IMG/VR virus record: IMGVR_UViG_3300010048_000244
Location: 1-31,027 of that record
Strand: one strand, 5' to 3'
Source of the DNA: a virus
Taxonomy: Duplodnaviria > Caudoviricetes
Length of the DNA: 31,027 nt
The notes beneath the pieces were generated by a model. The model did not search any database, had not been told where the DNA came from, and saw nothing but the letters and a program-made list of their open reading frames with translations. Below, in pieces: positions 1 to 9,481 of the stretch (positions are counted from its first letter, which is position 1; the number at the start of each line of letters is the position of its first letter). A program made the position numbers and the translations under genes.

Positions 1-2
1 CG

Positions 3-3000
3 CAGATTGTCTCGGTTGTTCCGGGGCTATCCGTTGTGGCCTCGATGAGCGGTCTTCCCAACACCACGACGCAATCATCGCTAACGACCGGATCGCCGGT
101 TTGGCTTGCCCCTACGCAGACGATGGCCGTCGTCTCGACCGTGGCCACGCTGCTTGGCACTGTTGCTGTCAATGTGGTGGCGGGTGGCGCAGCCCCCGGA
201 ACGACTTTTACCGGGCAGACTTCGAATACAGCCCAACTGGTCTGGCTGGCGCAAACTCAAACGCTGTCCCTCGTCTCGACCATCGTCACCATCCTCGGCA
301 CGCAGATCGTATCGGTTGTGCCGGGTGTGTCGGTCGTTGCTTCGATCAGCGGTGCGGTCGCCACTACCACGCAATCAAGCTTAACGTCCGGTCTAGCAGT
401 CTGGCTCGCCCCGACCCAAACGATGGCTGTCGTGTCCACCGTGGCGACTGTACTGGGCACTGTTGCGGTCAATGTCGTTGCCGGTGGTGCCGCTCCGGGG
501 ACTACGTTTACTGGTCAGACTTCGAATACGGCACAGCTAGTCTGGCTCGCTCAGACCCAGACACTCTCGCTCGTTTCGACAATAGTCACACTGCTTGGGA
601 CGGCAGTCGTGTCCGTCGTTCCCGGCGTGTCCGTGGTGGCGTCGATCACCGGAGTTACGCCAACTATTACGCAATCGTCGCTCTCGACCGGCTTGCCAGT
701 TATTTTTGTTCAAACACAAACTTTGGCCGTCGTGTCCACTGTCGCTACGGTTTTAGGCACCGTTGCAGTCAATGTCGTAGCTGGCGGTGCGGCACCGGGA
801 ACAACGTTTACTGGACAGACTTCAAACACCGCCCAGCTAGTCTGGCTCGCGCAAACGCAGACGTTGTCTCTGATTTCAACGATAGTCACCATCCTCGGTA
901 CACAGATTGTTTCTGTCGTTCCCGGCGTGGCAGTCGTCGCCTCGATATCCGGTGGTCTGACGACGACCCAATCGTCCCTGACAACTGGGCTGCCGGTCAT
1001 CTTTGTTCAAACCCAGACGATGGCCGTCGTTTCTACTGTTGCGACGGTATTGGGAACGGTAGCTGTGAACGTGGTCGCAGGCGGTGCGGCTCCCGGCACC
1101 ACTTTTACAGGTCAAACATCAAACACCGCGCAACTAGTTTGGCTCGCGCAAACTCAAACCCTGTCGCTGGTATCGACCATTGTGACTGTGCTTGGCACCG
1201 TCGCCGTCAACGTGGTCGCTGGTGGTGCCGCGCCCGGAACAACCTTTACGGGTCAGACATCAAATACGGCTCAGTTGGTCTGGCTGGCACAGACCCAGAC
1301 GCTGTCTCTCATCTCCACGATAGTTACGATCCTAGGAACGCAGATCGTCTCTGTCGTTCCCGGCGTGGCAGTGGTCGCGTCCCTGAGCCAAGGGGTCACA
1401 ACCACACAATCCGCTCTAACGACAGGCATTGGTGTCTGGCTGGCTCCAACCCAAACGATGGCTGTTGTTTCGACTGTCGCCACAGTGTTGGGGACAGTTG
1501 CTGTTAACGTGGTCGCGGGCGGTGCGGCACCGGGGACGACATTCACAGGGCAGACATCGAATACGGCACAGTTGGTTTGGCTCGCCCAGACACAAACGCT
1601 GTCGCTAGTGTCGACGGTCGTCACTCTGCTGGGGACCGTGGCGGTAAGCCAAGTCGCGGCTGTTTCGTTAAGTGCGCTCGGCGCGACGGTGACGCAATCG
1701 TCTCTGACAACCGGCCTGCCCGTTATTTTCGTTCAAACGCAGACTTTGGCCGTTGTGTCTACAGTCGCTACGGTTTTAGGGACTGTTGCGGTCAACGTGG
1801 TGGCTGGGGGTGCCGCTCCGGGCACCACATTCACGGGCCAGACATCAAACACCGCGCAACTTGTCTGGCTCGCCCAGACGCAAACTCTTTCCTTAGTGTC
1901 GACTATCGTGACGGTTCTGGGAACAGTAGCCGTCAACGTGGTTGCAGGTGGGGCGGCACCGGGAACAACGTTCACCGGTCAAACATCCAATACGGCGCAA
2001 CTTGTCTGGTTGGCACAAACGCAGACCCTGTCGCTGATCAGCACCATCGTTACGTTGCTTGGAAACGTTAACGTCACCCAGCAAGGCAACGTTGTTGTTT
2101 CTATTTCCAGTCTGCCTAACACTACGACGCAGTCGGCCCTGAGTACCGGCATCGGTGTCTGGCTCGCTCCCACGCAGACCATGGCGGTAGTGTCGACGGT
2201 TGCCACGGTGTTAGGGACGGTTGCGGTTAACGTTGTTGCGGGCGGGGCCGCGCCCGGCACGACGTTTACAGGTCAGACCTCAAATACAGCACAGCTTGTG
2301 TGGTTGGCGCAGACCCAAACCCTGTCGCTGGTGTCTACTATCGTCACGGTTCTTGGCACCGTTGCGGTGAATGTCGTCGCTGGCGGGGCCGCGCCGGGAA
2401 CCACGTTTACCGGGCAAACCTCTAATACGGCTCAGTTGGTTTGGCTCGCTCAGACGCAAACTTTATCGTTGGTTTCAACGATTGTTACGATCCTTGGAAC
2501 ACAGGTCGTTACTGTGGTTCCCGGCTTGTCGATTACTGGCTCGGTCAACGTCGTTAGCGTCGTTACCGTCACCAACGCCGCCCTTGTTGCAACGACAACC
2601 CAATCCTCGCTCACCAGCGGTCTAGCGGTCTGGCTGGCTCCCACGCAAAGCATGGCGGTGGTGTCCACAGTCGCTACGGTCCTCGGGACGGTAGCGGTGA
2701 ACGTCGTGGCTGGCGGGGCGGCAGTGGGGACTACGTTTACCGGACAGACTTCGAACACTGCGCAGTTGGTCTGGTTGGCGCAAACTCAGACGCTGTCTCT
2801 CATTTCGACTATCGTGACCATCTTAGGAACCCATGTGGTTACGGTGGTGCCGGGAGTATCCGTTGTCGCCTCGATCAGTGGCGTAGCGGCGACCACCACG
2901 CAGTCCTCCCTCACGTCCGGGCTTGCTGTGTGGCTGGCACCCACTCAGACAATCGCGTCGATCCTTAGCACCGTAGTTATTACCGGGTTCGTTACGATTT

Positions 3001-3671
3001 CGACCATCACGGTTACGGCGACGGCTACCGCTACCTTGACGGTGACCGGCTCGGTCACCGTGACCAATACCGGGTCGGTATCGATCACCGGCACTGTCAC
3101 GGTTACTCAAGTTGGGTTGGCGTTTACGACGGCCAGTTCCGGACTGACTGCGACCGCCACCGGCTTGATTGTTATTGCTACCGGCACGGTTACGGCCACT
3201 GTTGTTGGTACGGTAGTGGTTTCTACCGGCACAATAAACGCAGTCCAAATCCAGAATTTACAAACTCCAGTAATGTTTGTTGTTACCTCGACGCAAGCGG
3301 TAGTTGGCACGACGCTTGTGTTCACAGTCTACACGTCGAATGTATTTGTTGTTGGCGGCACGACGGCATGGGCACCGGGATCGAGAATGCGGTTAAATGC
3401 TGGATACATTGTTGCCGCCAGTTCTGCCGTGGTGTCTGTAGGGGTAATGAAAGTCTTGGCGGGAACGGCAACAGCCGCCCCAAGTTTATCGATGACCTCT
3501 ACTGTTGGTGTAGCGCTAGCTATCCCATACATTGCTGCGGCTACTTCAGAGTTTTTTGTCAATGCTGTTGGCATGGACGTGTCGTCAAACACTACGATTG
3601 CTATCGGTGTTGATAGAATAGCAACGTCGCACAATATCGCTGGCATTATCATCATGGGATACCTGTTCTAA
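3..3671 (+). CDS. Giant Thr/Val/Ser-rich repeat protein, probable virion fibre/surface protein (5'-truncated by the window)
   Basis: The frame is open from base 3 (QIVSVVPGLSVVAS...), so the true start lies upstream. It has 11 copies of TTFTGQTSNTAQLVWLAQTQTLSL, no D/E/K/R until about nt 3384, and a non-repetitive C-terminal domain. The stop overlaps the next ATG (TAATG). Confidence 0.85.
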   Translation, partial: QIVSVVPGLSVVASMSGLPNTTTQSSLTTGSPVWLAPTQTMAVVSTVATLLGTVAVNVVAGGAAPGTTFTGQTSNTAQLVWLAQTQTLSLVSTIVTILGTQIVSVVPGVSVVASISGAVATTTQSSLTSGLAVWLAPTQTMAVVSTVATVLGTVAVNVVAGGAAPGTTFTGQTSNTAQLVWLAQTQTLSLVSTIVTLLGTAVVSVVPGVSVVASITGVTPTITQSSLSTGLPVIFVQTQTLAVVSTVATVLGTVAVNVVAGGAAPGTTFTGQTSNTAQLVWLAQTQTLSLISTIVTILGTQIVSVVPGVAVVASISGGLTTTQSSLTTGLPVIFVQTQTMAVVSTVATVLGTVAVNVVAGGAAPGTTFTGQTSNTAQLVWLAQTQTLSLVSTIVTVLGTVAVNVVAGGAAPGTTFTGQTSNTAQLVWLAQTQTLSLISTIVTILGTQIVSVVPGVAVVASLSQGVTTTQSALTTGIGVWLAPTQTMAVVSTVATVLGTVAVNVVAGGAAPGTTFTGQTSNTAQLVWLAQTQTLSLVSTVVTLLGTVAVSQVAAVSLSALGATVTQSSLTTGLPVIFVQTQTLAVVSTVATVLGTVAVNVVAGGAAPGTTFTGQTSNTAQLVWLAQTQTLSLVSTIVTVLGTVAVNVVAGGAAPGTTFTGQTSNTAQLVWLAQTQTLSLISTIVTLLGNVNVTQQGNVVVSISSLPNTTTQSALSTGIGVWLAPTQTMAVVSTVATVLGTVAVNVVAGGAAPGTTFTGQTSNTAQLVWLAQTQTLSLVSTIVTVLGTVAVNVVAGGAAPGTTFTGQTSNTAQLVWLAQTQTLSLVSTIVTILGTQVVTVVPGLSITGSVNVVSVVTVTNAALVATTTQSSLTSGLAVWLAPTQSMAVVSTVATVLGTVAVNVVAGGAAVGTTFTGQTSNTAQLVWLAQTQTLSLISTIVTILGTHVVTVVPGVSVVASISGVAATTTQSSLTSGLAVWLAPTQTIASILSTVVITGFVTISTITVTATATATLTVTGSVTVTNTGSVSITGTVTVTQVGLAFTTASSGLTATATGLIVIATGTVTATVVGTVVVSTGTINAVQIQNLQTPVMFVVTSTQAVVGTTLVFTVYTSNVFVVGGTTAWAPGSRMRLNAGYIVAASSAVVSVGVMKVLAGTATAAPSLSMTSTVGVALAIPYIAAATSEFFVNAVGMDVSSNTTIAIGVDRIATSHNIAGIIIMGYLF
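60..2960 (+). repeat. Intragenic tandem repeats: ~47-53 aa (141-160 nt) subunits, often paired as ~100 aa (300 nt) units
   Basis: The SNT-encoding block recurs near 221, 521, 821, 1119, 1260, 1557, 1845, 1986, 2280, 2421 and 2751, with spacings of about 290-330 or 141 nt. Confidence 0.95.
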
Positions 3672-4141
3672 TGGCGATTTACGTTTATGTCACCACGTCG
3701 GGATTTCTCCAGTCCTACATCCCCGACAACATCACCATCGCGCAAGCGCAGGCGGGCGGGCAGTTAGCGAGCAACGCAACGCTTGCCAACAATGGGCTGA
3801 CAGCCGTTGACAGCCTGCCGCCGCTTGATGCCACTCACCAATGGGACGCAGCAACCAAGACCGTTATCACCGTCACGCCACCGACCCCGGCTAACGTCGT
3901 CAACACTTACGATTTCATCATGGCGTTTACGGCCGCCGAACTAGCCGCCATCAGAGGGTCGTCGGACAACAACATCCAGCAGTTTTTGTTTGCGATGCAG
4001 GTAACGCAAGGGGTGAACCTCAATCACACAACCAACGTCAACGCACTGACGTATCTCGTCAACCATGGCTTCCTGACGCAAGCGCGCGCTAACGCGATCT
4101 TGGCGACCGTCAACAGCGGTGCGGCAAGCGGGAGCGGCTGA
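3671..4141 (+). CDS. Hypothetical protein, possible fibre-assembly chaperone
   Basis: 156 aa, coupled on both sides. The C-terminal FTAAELAAI...L..G.LT..RA.AIL pattern resembles small proteins found downstream of phage tail fibres. Confidence 0.55.
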   Translation: MAIYVYVTTSGFLQSYIPDNITIAQAQAGGQLASNATLANNGLTAVDSLPPLDATHQWDAATKTVITVTPPTPANVVNTYDFIMAFTAAELAAIRGSSDNNIQQFLFAMQVTQGVNLNHTTNVNALTYLVNHGFLTQARANAILATVNSGAASGSG

Positions 4142-5001
4142 TGCCCGGCGGATTAGCCATACCTCCTGCCTTTAGCGGGTTTATTACCGCGAACAGCGCG
4201 GCCGCCCGTAGAGGCGTGAGTATTTCAGGCAATGCGTCGGCGAATGTTGTGGGCGCATACACGGCGATCTATTCATCAACCCCGGCCGATGCCGATGGAT
4301 TTTTTGTGTTTATCAGCGGGTTTTCAGTTGGCGGGCCATCGGCGGCGATTGATGTTGCGGTCGGTGCGGGTGGCAGCGAGATCAATATCGCCAATCAACT
4401 GATGCTATGGTCAACGGCTGGCGATGCCAACAGTTGCACTGGCTATCACATACCTGTTGCAATCCCGGCAGGCACTAAAGTATCTGCGCGGATGCAGTCG
4501 GACCGGGCCTCTGAAGGCTGTAACGTAAATATCGTAACTTATCAGGGAGATTTCGTTTGTCCCTCTGGCTTTGCCGGTGTGGAAAGTCTTGGGTTTCAAT
4601 CGTCAGTAACGGGAGGAACTACAGTTGACTGCGGCGGGGTAGTGAACACATGGGGGGCGTACACGCAAATTATTTCGTCCACGGTACGGGATTACGCCGG
4701 ACTGCTGGTGAACATTGACGGCAATAACACTACGGCCGCTTCCATTTCGTCCATGTCTTTCGCTATTGTTGTTGCTATTGGTTCTGCCGGAAACGAGGTC
4801 GACATTATACCGGGCATTGTTGGTCTAAAAAACATTGATACTACAGGAGCCAACAAGAACATTTGGGTCGCTCCTTCGGTCACCGGCCCGTATTGGGTTC
4901 CGGTGCCCGCAGGCTCAAGATTGTCGGCTAGAGCAGTTTCGGCCGACACGACCGCGAACGAACGTCTGATTGGCGTAACCTTGTACGGGATTTACGCATG
5001 A
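4141..5001 (+). CDS. Putative virion protein with a two-fold internal domain duplication
   Basis: 286 aa, G/A/S/T/V-rich. The halves align: GAYTAIYSST..VAVGAGGSE..IPAGTKVSAR versus GAYTQIISST..VAIGSAGNE..VPAGSRLSAR. Confidence 0.65.
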   Translation: MPGGLAIPPAFSGFITANSAAARRGVSISGNASANVVGAYTAIYSSTPADADGFFVFISGFSVGGPSAAIDVAVGAGGSEINIANQLMLWSTAGDANSCTGYHIPVAIPAGTKVSARMQSDRASEGCNVNIVTYQGDFVCPSGFAGVESLGFQSSVTGGTTVDCGGVVNTWGAYTQIISSTVRDYAGLLVNIDGNNTTAASISSMSFAIVVAIGSAGNEVDIIPGIVGLKNIDTTGANKNIWVAPSVTGPYWVPVPAGSRLSARAVSADTTANERLIGVTLYGIYA

Positions 5002-5549
5002 CTTGGATTTTATCCAACAGCGGCACAACGGCTGCGCTGACGCTTCAGGGCACTGTTGCCAATGAGACGATCCTTGCGACCGACAATAATAATTCCACGT
5101 TGGTTGCTGAAATTGATACTTCGAACATGGTCAACGGAGATGAGTTGGAGATTAGGGTTTACACCATAACTTTGGGCGGCGGGTCGCAGACACTGGAATG
5201 GAAGGGAACGTTCGGAGACGTTCAAATTAACAATCATAAAATTACACCCTTTGTTCCGTCTGATCAGAGCATGAGGGTTACGCTGTTACAGCGTAGCGGG
5301 ACCATCACCATAACAAGCGTCACCGGAACAATCCCGTACTACTCAACAGTCACCGGTCTAACGTCTGGCGCGACGGCAATCGTTACGCCTGCTGGCGGCG
5401 GCAACGTGTCCGGCACTTCAACAATAGTGACCATGATTTCCGGCTCTTTCACCAATGGTGAGACGGTCCAGCTAACAGTTGGTAATACCTTTGTGGTCAA
5501 CGCCGCCCCGACCGGGCGCACTTTTACTTGGAAGTATCTAAGGCAATGA
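4998..5549 (+). CDS. Thr-rich hypothetical (putative virion) protein
   Basis: 183 aa with ATGA overlaps at both ends and beta-strand-like composition. Confidence 0.65.
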   Translation: MTWILSNSGTTAALTLQGTVANETILATDNNNSTLVAEIDTSNMVNGDELEIRVYTITLGGGSQTLEWKGTFGDVQINNHKITPFVPSDQSMRVTLLQRSGTITITSVTGTIPYYSTVTGLTSGATAIVTPAGGGNVSGTSTIVTMISGSFTNGETVQLTVGNTFVVNAAPTGRTFTWKYLRQ

Positions 5550-5749
5550 ACAGCGTTTGGCAGTCTCCACTCCTGCTCCCAAGTGATGAAATTGTTGCCG
5601 GGCGGTGCTCGATGTACGTGCCGTACTACTACCAATACCCGCCAGCGCATTTGGACGGGTTTATGATATTTGCCAATGCACAGGTGATGACTATCAACGT
5701 GACTGGCAGTATGACTGTCAGTGTCACGGTCACTGTGCATACCCCGTAG
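5546..5749 (+). CDS. Small hypothetical protein (67 aa)
   Basis: ATG at 5546 overlaps the upstream TGA. The C-terminus VTGSMTVSVTVTV resembles the TVT tract of the giant protein. Confidence 0.5.
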   Translation: MNSVWQSPLLLPSDEIVAGRCSMYVPYYYQYPPAHLDGFMIFANAQVMTINVTGSMTVSVTVTVHTP

Positions 5750-5760
5750 GAGCCAGTTTT

Positions 5761-7467
5761 ATGCAGCAATACATGTTGGTCCCGCCACAGGGATCGGAGC
5801 CTGCGGACGAATGGTGCAAGCTTGGCGTCGAGGCGCAAATGCGCAACGCCCCGGCTGATGCCGACCGTCATTACCGTCAAGCCCTGCGGATCGACCCCCG
5901 GCATATTATCGCGACCCACAACCTCGCCATCTTGCTGGCCACCACGGGGAACCTCAACGAAGGTCTTCTGACCATGGAACGCGCCATGTTGTTCGATGAC
6001 AGCTATGGGGCGATCTACATGAACTATGGGCTTATGTGCCTTGAGGCGGGCCGCATCGATGATGCGCTAAATGCCGGTGCGAAGGCGGTTGAGCTAGGCA
6101 AGGACGACACGAACGGGCAGTTGGGCAGGGTTCACCCCAACATCGTCTATGCCATGATACTGGGCGCGGCAGGGCGGTCGCATGAGGGCATTGCCTACTA
6201 CAACGCCGCGCTGGACGAGGACCCCAAGAACAATCAAGCCGCGACGAACGCCTGCTTTGCCCAAACCTTATCGTTCTGTACTCCAAAAGAGCTATACGAA
6301 CAGCGGCAGCGGTACATCACCGCCAACAAGTACGAAGGAACGTTCAAGAAGCCGAAGATTGACCGTGAATGGCCGCGCCCGTTGCGGGTAGGCTATGTGG
6401 GTGGAGACTTTAAGCAGCACTCGGCTAGCATGATCTTTGGACGGGTTCTTCTGCACCATACTGACAAGGTGCGTCCGTATTTATACTCGTCATTGCCGGT
6501 CAATCCTGACAGCGACCCCTATACCAAGAAATATCAAAAGATCGCCAATGGCAGTTGGCGCGACGTGCAGGGTAAGAGTGATGAGGAACTGGCGGACATG
6601 GTCCGCGAGGATAAGATCGATATTCTTGTAGACCTAGCCGCCCACACGTCTGGGAGCAGGTTGTCGGCGTTCCTGCGCAAGCCAGCCCCGGTGCAGATTA
6701 CGGCTTGGGGCTTCGCCCACGGCACTGGGATACGCGAGATAGACTACTTCTTTGCCGATCCGGTATCTGTCCCGGAGGACGAACGGCAGTTCTATGCTGA
6801 GAAGATTTATGACCTGCCGTCGCTGGTGACCTATGAGCCGCCGGATTACAAGTTCAAGGACAGCAATCAGCTACCGTACGCGCTCAACGGCTTCATAACC
6901 TTTGGCTCCAGCGCTCGGTATGAGAAGATATCGGAAGAGTGCCTTAAGGTATTCGCGGAAATTCTGCATCAAGTCCCGGACGCCATGCTGCGGTTGAAGG
7001 ATACCGCCTACGGTCGACCGTACAGCATCAAGCGGGTGCTGGGCATCATGCAGAGCTTCAACGTCGATCCCAAGCGCATTCACTTCCTGATAGGCACCAC
7101 CCATGAAGAACATATGCAAGCTTACCGTAATAGCGACCTACAGCTTGATCCCTTTCCTCACTGTGGGGGCATTGTGGCACTTGAACAGCTTTATATGGGG
7201 CTGCCTATTATTACTCTTTACGGCACTCAGCCTAGTGGCCGTAATACTAGCTCTGTACTTACTGCTATGGGACGAGCAGATTGGATTGCTAAAACGCCGG
7301 AAGAGTACGTGGAAAAGGCTGTTGCGCTCGCGAATGACCTGAAGACATTGCGCGAGGCCCGCAAGACCCTGCGGGACGAGTTGATGAACTCGCCCGTGGT
7401 CAAGGGCTACGCCGACAGGGTCGAAGCCGCCTATCAGGAAATCTGGGAGCGCGATGTTCTCAAGTGA
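5761..7467 (+). CDS. TPR-containing GT41 protein glycosyltransferase (O-GlcNAc transferase/SPINDLY-like)
   Basis: AGGAG RBS precedes ATG 5761. N-terminal TPRs (YRQALRIDP..HNLA; YNAALDEDP) are followed by GT41 motifs LRVGYVGGDFKQH, IDILVDLAAHT, PAPVQ, DYFFAD, TFGS...KI, LDPFPHCG and MGLPIITL.G. Confidence 0.92.
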   Translation: MQQYMLVPPQGSEPADEWCKLGVEAQMRNAPADADRHYRQALRIDPRHIIATHNLAILLATTGNLNEGLLTMERAMLFDDSYGAIYMNYGLMCLEAGRIDDALNAGAKAVELGKDDTNGQLGRVHPNIVYAMILGAAGRSHEGIAYYNAALDEDPKNNQAATNACFAQTLSFCTPKELYEQRQRYITANKYEGTFKKPKIDREWPRPLRVGYVGGDFKQHSASMIFGRVLLHHTDKVRPYLYSSLPVNPDSDPYTKKYQKIANGSWRDVQGKSDEELADMVREDKIDILVDLAAHTSGSRLSAFLRKPAPVQITAWGFAHGTGIREIDYFFADPVSVPEDERQFYAEKIYDLPSLVTYEPPDYKFKDSNQLPYALNGFITFGSSARYEKISEECLKVFAEILHQVPDAMLRLKDTAYGRPYSIKRVLGIMQSFNVDPKRIHFLIGTTHEEHMQAYRNSDLQLDPFPHCGGIVALEQLYMGLPIITLYGTQPSGRNTSSVLTAMGRADWIAKTPEEYVEKAVALANDLKTLREARKTLRDELMNSPVVKGYADRVEAAYQEIWERDVLK

Positions 7468-8345
7468 TTGAAGCGGCATTTAGCAAGGCCAAGGGGCTGA
7501 AGGTTCTCTTTATCGGAGAGGCGATCACGGACGAGTACGTCTATGTGTCGCCGCTGTTCCGACCGTCCAAGGAAGCGATCCTCGCTGTCGCCCAGCATAA
7601 CCGGGAAGAGTTCATCGGCGGGGTCCATGCGGCGGCCGCTCACATCGAGGGGTGGTGCAAGACCACTGTTCGATCCCAGAATTTCCCGGTGCGGAAAAAG
7701 CGTTACGTACAGCAGGGGTTCAACCGTAAGCTTTTTGAAGTTTACTCAATCAGCAAGGCCAAATTAACCACGCCTGACCTTATCAAGGACGATATTGACG
7801 ACGCGGATGTCGTGATCGTGCTGGATTTTGGCCACGGGCTGATGACGGACCATCTTGTGGAATTGGTGCAACGGGCTAAATTCCTTGCCGTCAATGCGCA
7901 AGCAAATGCCGGGAATTACGGCTTCAATCTGGTCACCAAGTACAAGACGGCGGACTATGTCTGCGTGGACGTACAGGAAGCGCGGCTTGCGGCGCAGGAT
8001 CAGTGGGGACCGCTGGATGGTGTCATTAACAAGATTTGTGATCGTATGGATTGCGATAAGGTCATCGTTACTGAGGGGCGCAATGGGGCGTCATGGCCCG
8101 GAGGACATCTGCCAGCGCTAGAAACTCGTCCGGTAGACACGCTGGGCGCTGGTGACTGCTTCATGGCTTATACCGCGCCGCTGATCGCGAGTGGTCTATC
8201 GTTGACGGAAGCGGCCCTTGTCGGCTGTGTTGCTGCGGGCATGAAGACGGATATCATCGGGCATCAGGCGTCGGTGAAGCCTGATCAGGTGATGGAGCGG
8301 GTTCGGCATGAACTTTCAGCAAGAGCTAATCGACTTACTGCCTAA
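7464..8345 (+). CDS. PfkB-family sugar-phosphate kinase (RfaE/HldE kinase domain-like)
   Basis: IGEAITDEY, DFGHG and the PfkB signature VDTLGAGDCF are present; GTGA overlap with the GT41 stop. There is no nucleotidyltransferase domain. Confidence 0.85.
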   Translation: MIEAAFSKAKGLKVLFIGEAITDEYVYVSPLFRPSKEAILAVAQHNREEFIGGVHAAAAHIEGWCKTTVRSQNFPVRKKRYVQQGFNRKLFEVYSISKAKLTTPDLIKDDIDDADVVIVLDFGHGLMTDHLVELVQRAKFLAVNAQANAGNYGFNLVTKYKTADYVCVDVQEARLAAQDQWGPLDGVINKICDRMDCDKVIVTEGRNGASWPGGHLPALETRPVDTLGAGDCFMAYTAPLIASGLSLTEAALVGCVAAGMKTDIIGHQASVKPDQVMERVRHELSARANRLTA

Positions 8346-8844
8346 GATCGAATGGGGCGGCAGTAGTATCGATGACGCGATTTATGAGGTAATGCTGCGG
8401 GTCGCAGAGGCGGACAGATTGCTGTTCATTGGTAATGGTGGGTCTGCGGGTATCGCGTCCCACATGGCAATAGACTGGACTAAGAACGGTAAGAAACCGG
8501 CGCTGGCGTTTAACGATTGTGCTTCGTTGACCGCCATCGGCAACGATCTGGGCTTCGATAAAGTATTCTCCTTCCCGATCAGCATGCACGGGCGGCGCTC
8601 AGATTTGCTCTTTGCTATATCCTCTTCCGGACAGTCGCAGGATATTCTGGATGCGGTGTATGCCGCGCGAGCTAACGGTATAAGCGTAGTGACGTTTTCC
8701 GGGTTCTTATCTAACAATCCACTGCGTCGCGAAGGTATGATAAACTTCTATGTCCCCTCGTTTGATTACGGGTTAGTCGAATGCTGTCACCTAATCCTGA
8801 ACCACGATATCCTCAATGCCGCGATTGGACAAAGGAGCGACTGA
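8308..8844 (+). CDS. gmhA: SIS-domain phosphoheptose isomerase-like protein
   Basis: GNGGSAGIASH, LTAIGNDLGFDKVF, ISSSGQS and VECCH match GmhA-family motifs. Confidence 0.88.
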   Translation: MNFQQELIDLLPKIEWGGSSIDDAIYEVMLRVAEADRLLFIGNGGSAGIASHMAIDWTKNGKKPALAFNDCASLTAIGNDLGFDKVFSFPISMHGRRSDLLFAISSSGQSQDILDAVYAARANGISVVTFSGFLSNNPLRREGMINFYVPSFDYGLVECCHLILNHDILNAAIGQRSD

Positions 8845-9410
8845 TTGCGTTTGAAGATAAGATGGCAGATCACTTCGCCAACGGGCGCATCAAAGCGCCG
8901 TTGCACCTTGCTGGCGGGAACGAGAACTCCCTGATTGCCATCTTCCAGCCGATCCGCAACGAAGACTGGGTGCTGTGTTCGTGGCGTTCGCATTACCACT
9001 GCCTGCTGAAGGGCGTTCCTGCCGATGAGCTAGAGGCGGCAATCCTCAATGGTCGATCTATCAATCTTTGCTTCCCAGAACATCGTGTTCTTAGTTCCGC
9101 TATTGTTGGCGGCATTTGTCCTATCGCGGTTGGGATTGCTTACGGCATCAAGCGACGAGGCGGACAAGAGCAGGTCTACTGCTTCGTCGGGGACATGACT
9201 GCTGAGAGCGGCATCTTCCACGAATGCAAAAAATATGCTGGCGGTCACGGCCTGCCGGTGAACTTTATTGTGGAAAACAACGAAGTAAGCGTTTGCACCA
9301 ATACCAAAGAAGTTTGGGGCATCCCGAAGACGTTCCGCAACCGGGGACAGGGCTACGACTATGAGTTAACCCGTCCGCATGTGGGGATCGGGAAATTTGT
9401 GAGGTTCTAA
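8781..9410 (+). CDS. TPP-dependent enzyme, E1-alpha/transketolase N-terminal-like subunit (short form)
   Basis: HLAGGNE, WRSHYH, SAIVGG and the TPP-binding motif GD...ENN are present. The start codon is uncertain. Confidence 0.85.
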   Translation: MLSPNPEPRYPQCRDWTKERLIAFEDKMADHFANGRIKAPLHLAGGNENSLIAIFQPIRNEDWVLCSWRSHYHCLLKGVPADELEAAILNGRSINLCFPEHRVLSSAIVGGICPIAVGIAYGIKRRGGQEQVYCFVGDMTAESGIFHECKKYAGGHGLPVNFIVENNEVSVCTNTKEVWGIPKTFRNRGQGYDYELTRPHVGIGKFVRF

Positions 9411-9412
9411 AA

Positions 9413-9481
9413 ATGAAACAAATACCGCTTACAAAAGGCTTGTTTGCCGTCGTTGATGATGAGGATTGCGGGAACCGTGTG
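9413..9481 (+). pseudogene. Relic N-terminus of an HNH/AP2-type phage endonuclease, in frame with the TPP beta subunit
   Basis: MKQIPLTKGLFAVVDDED matches the typical I.LT.G..A.VDDED start of phage HNH-AP2 endonucleases. Confidence 0.6.

Noticed and set aside
60-2960. Repeat array as a CRISPR array or DGR template
   Set aside because: Variation is at synonymous positions in one open frame; there are no unique spacers and no cas or reverse-transcriptase gene in the window.
81-3655. Many alternative-frame and antisense ORFs (e.g. 101..1507)
   Set aside because: These are shadows of the repetitive, low-complexity coding frame.
5605-5760. N-terminal extension of the GT41 ORF
   Set aside because: It overlaps the coupled 5546-5749 gene, and a good RBS precedes ATG 5761.
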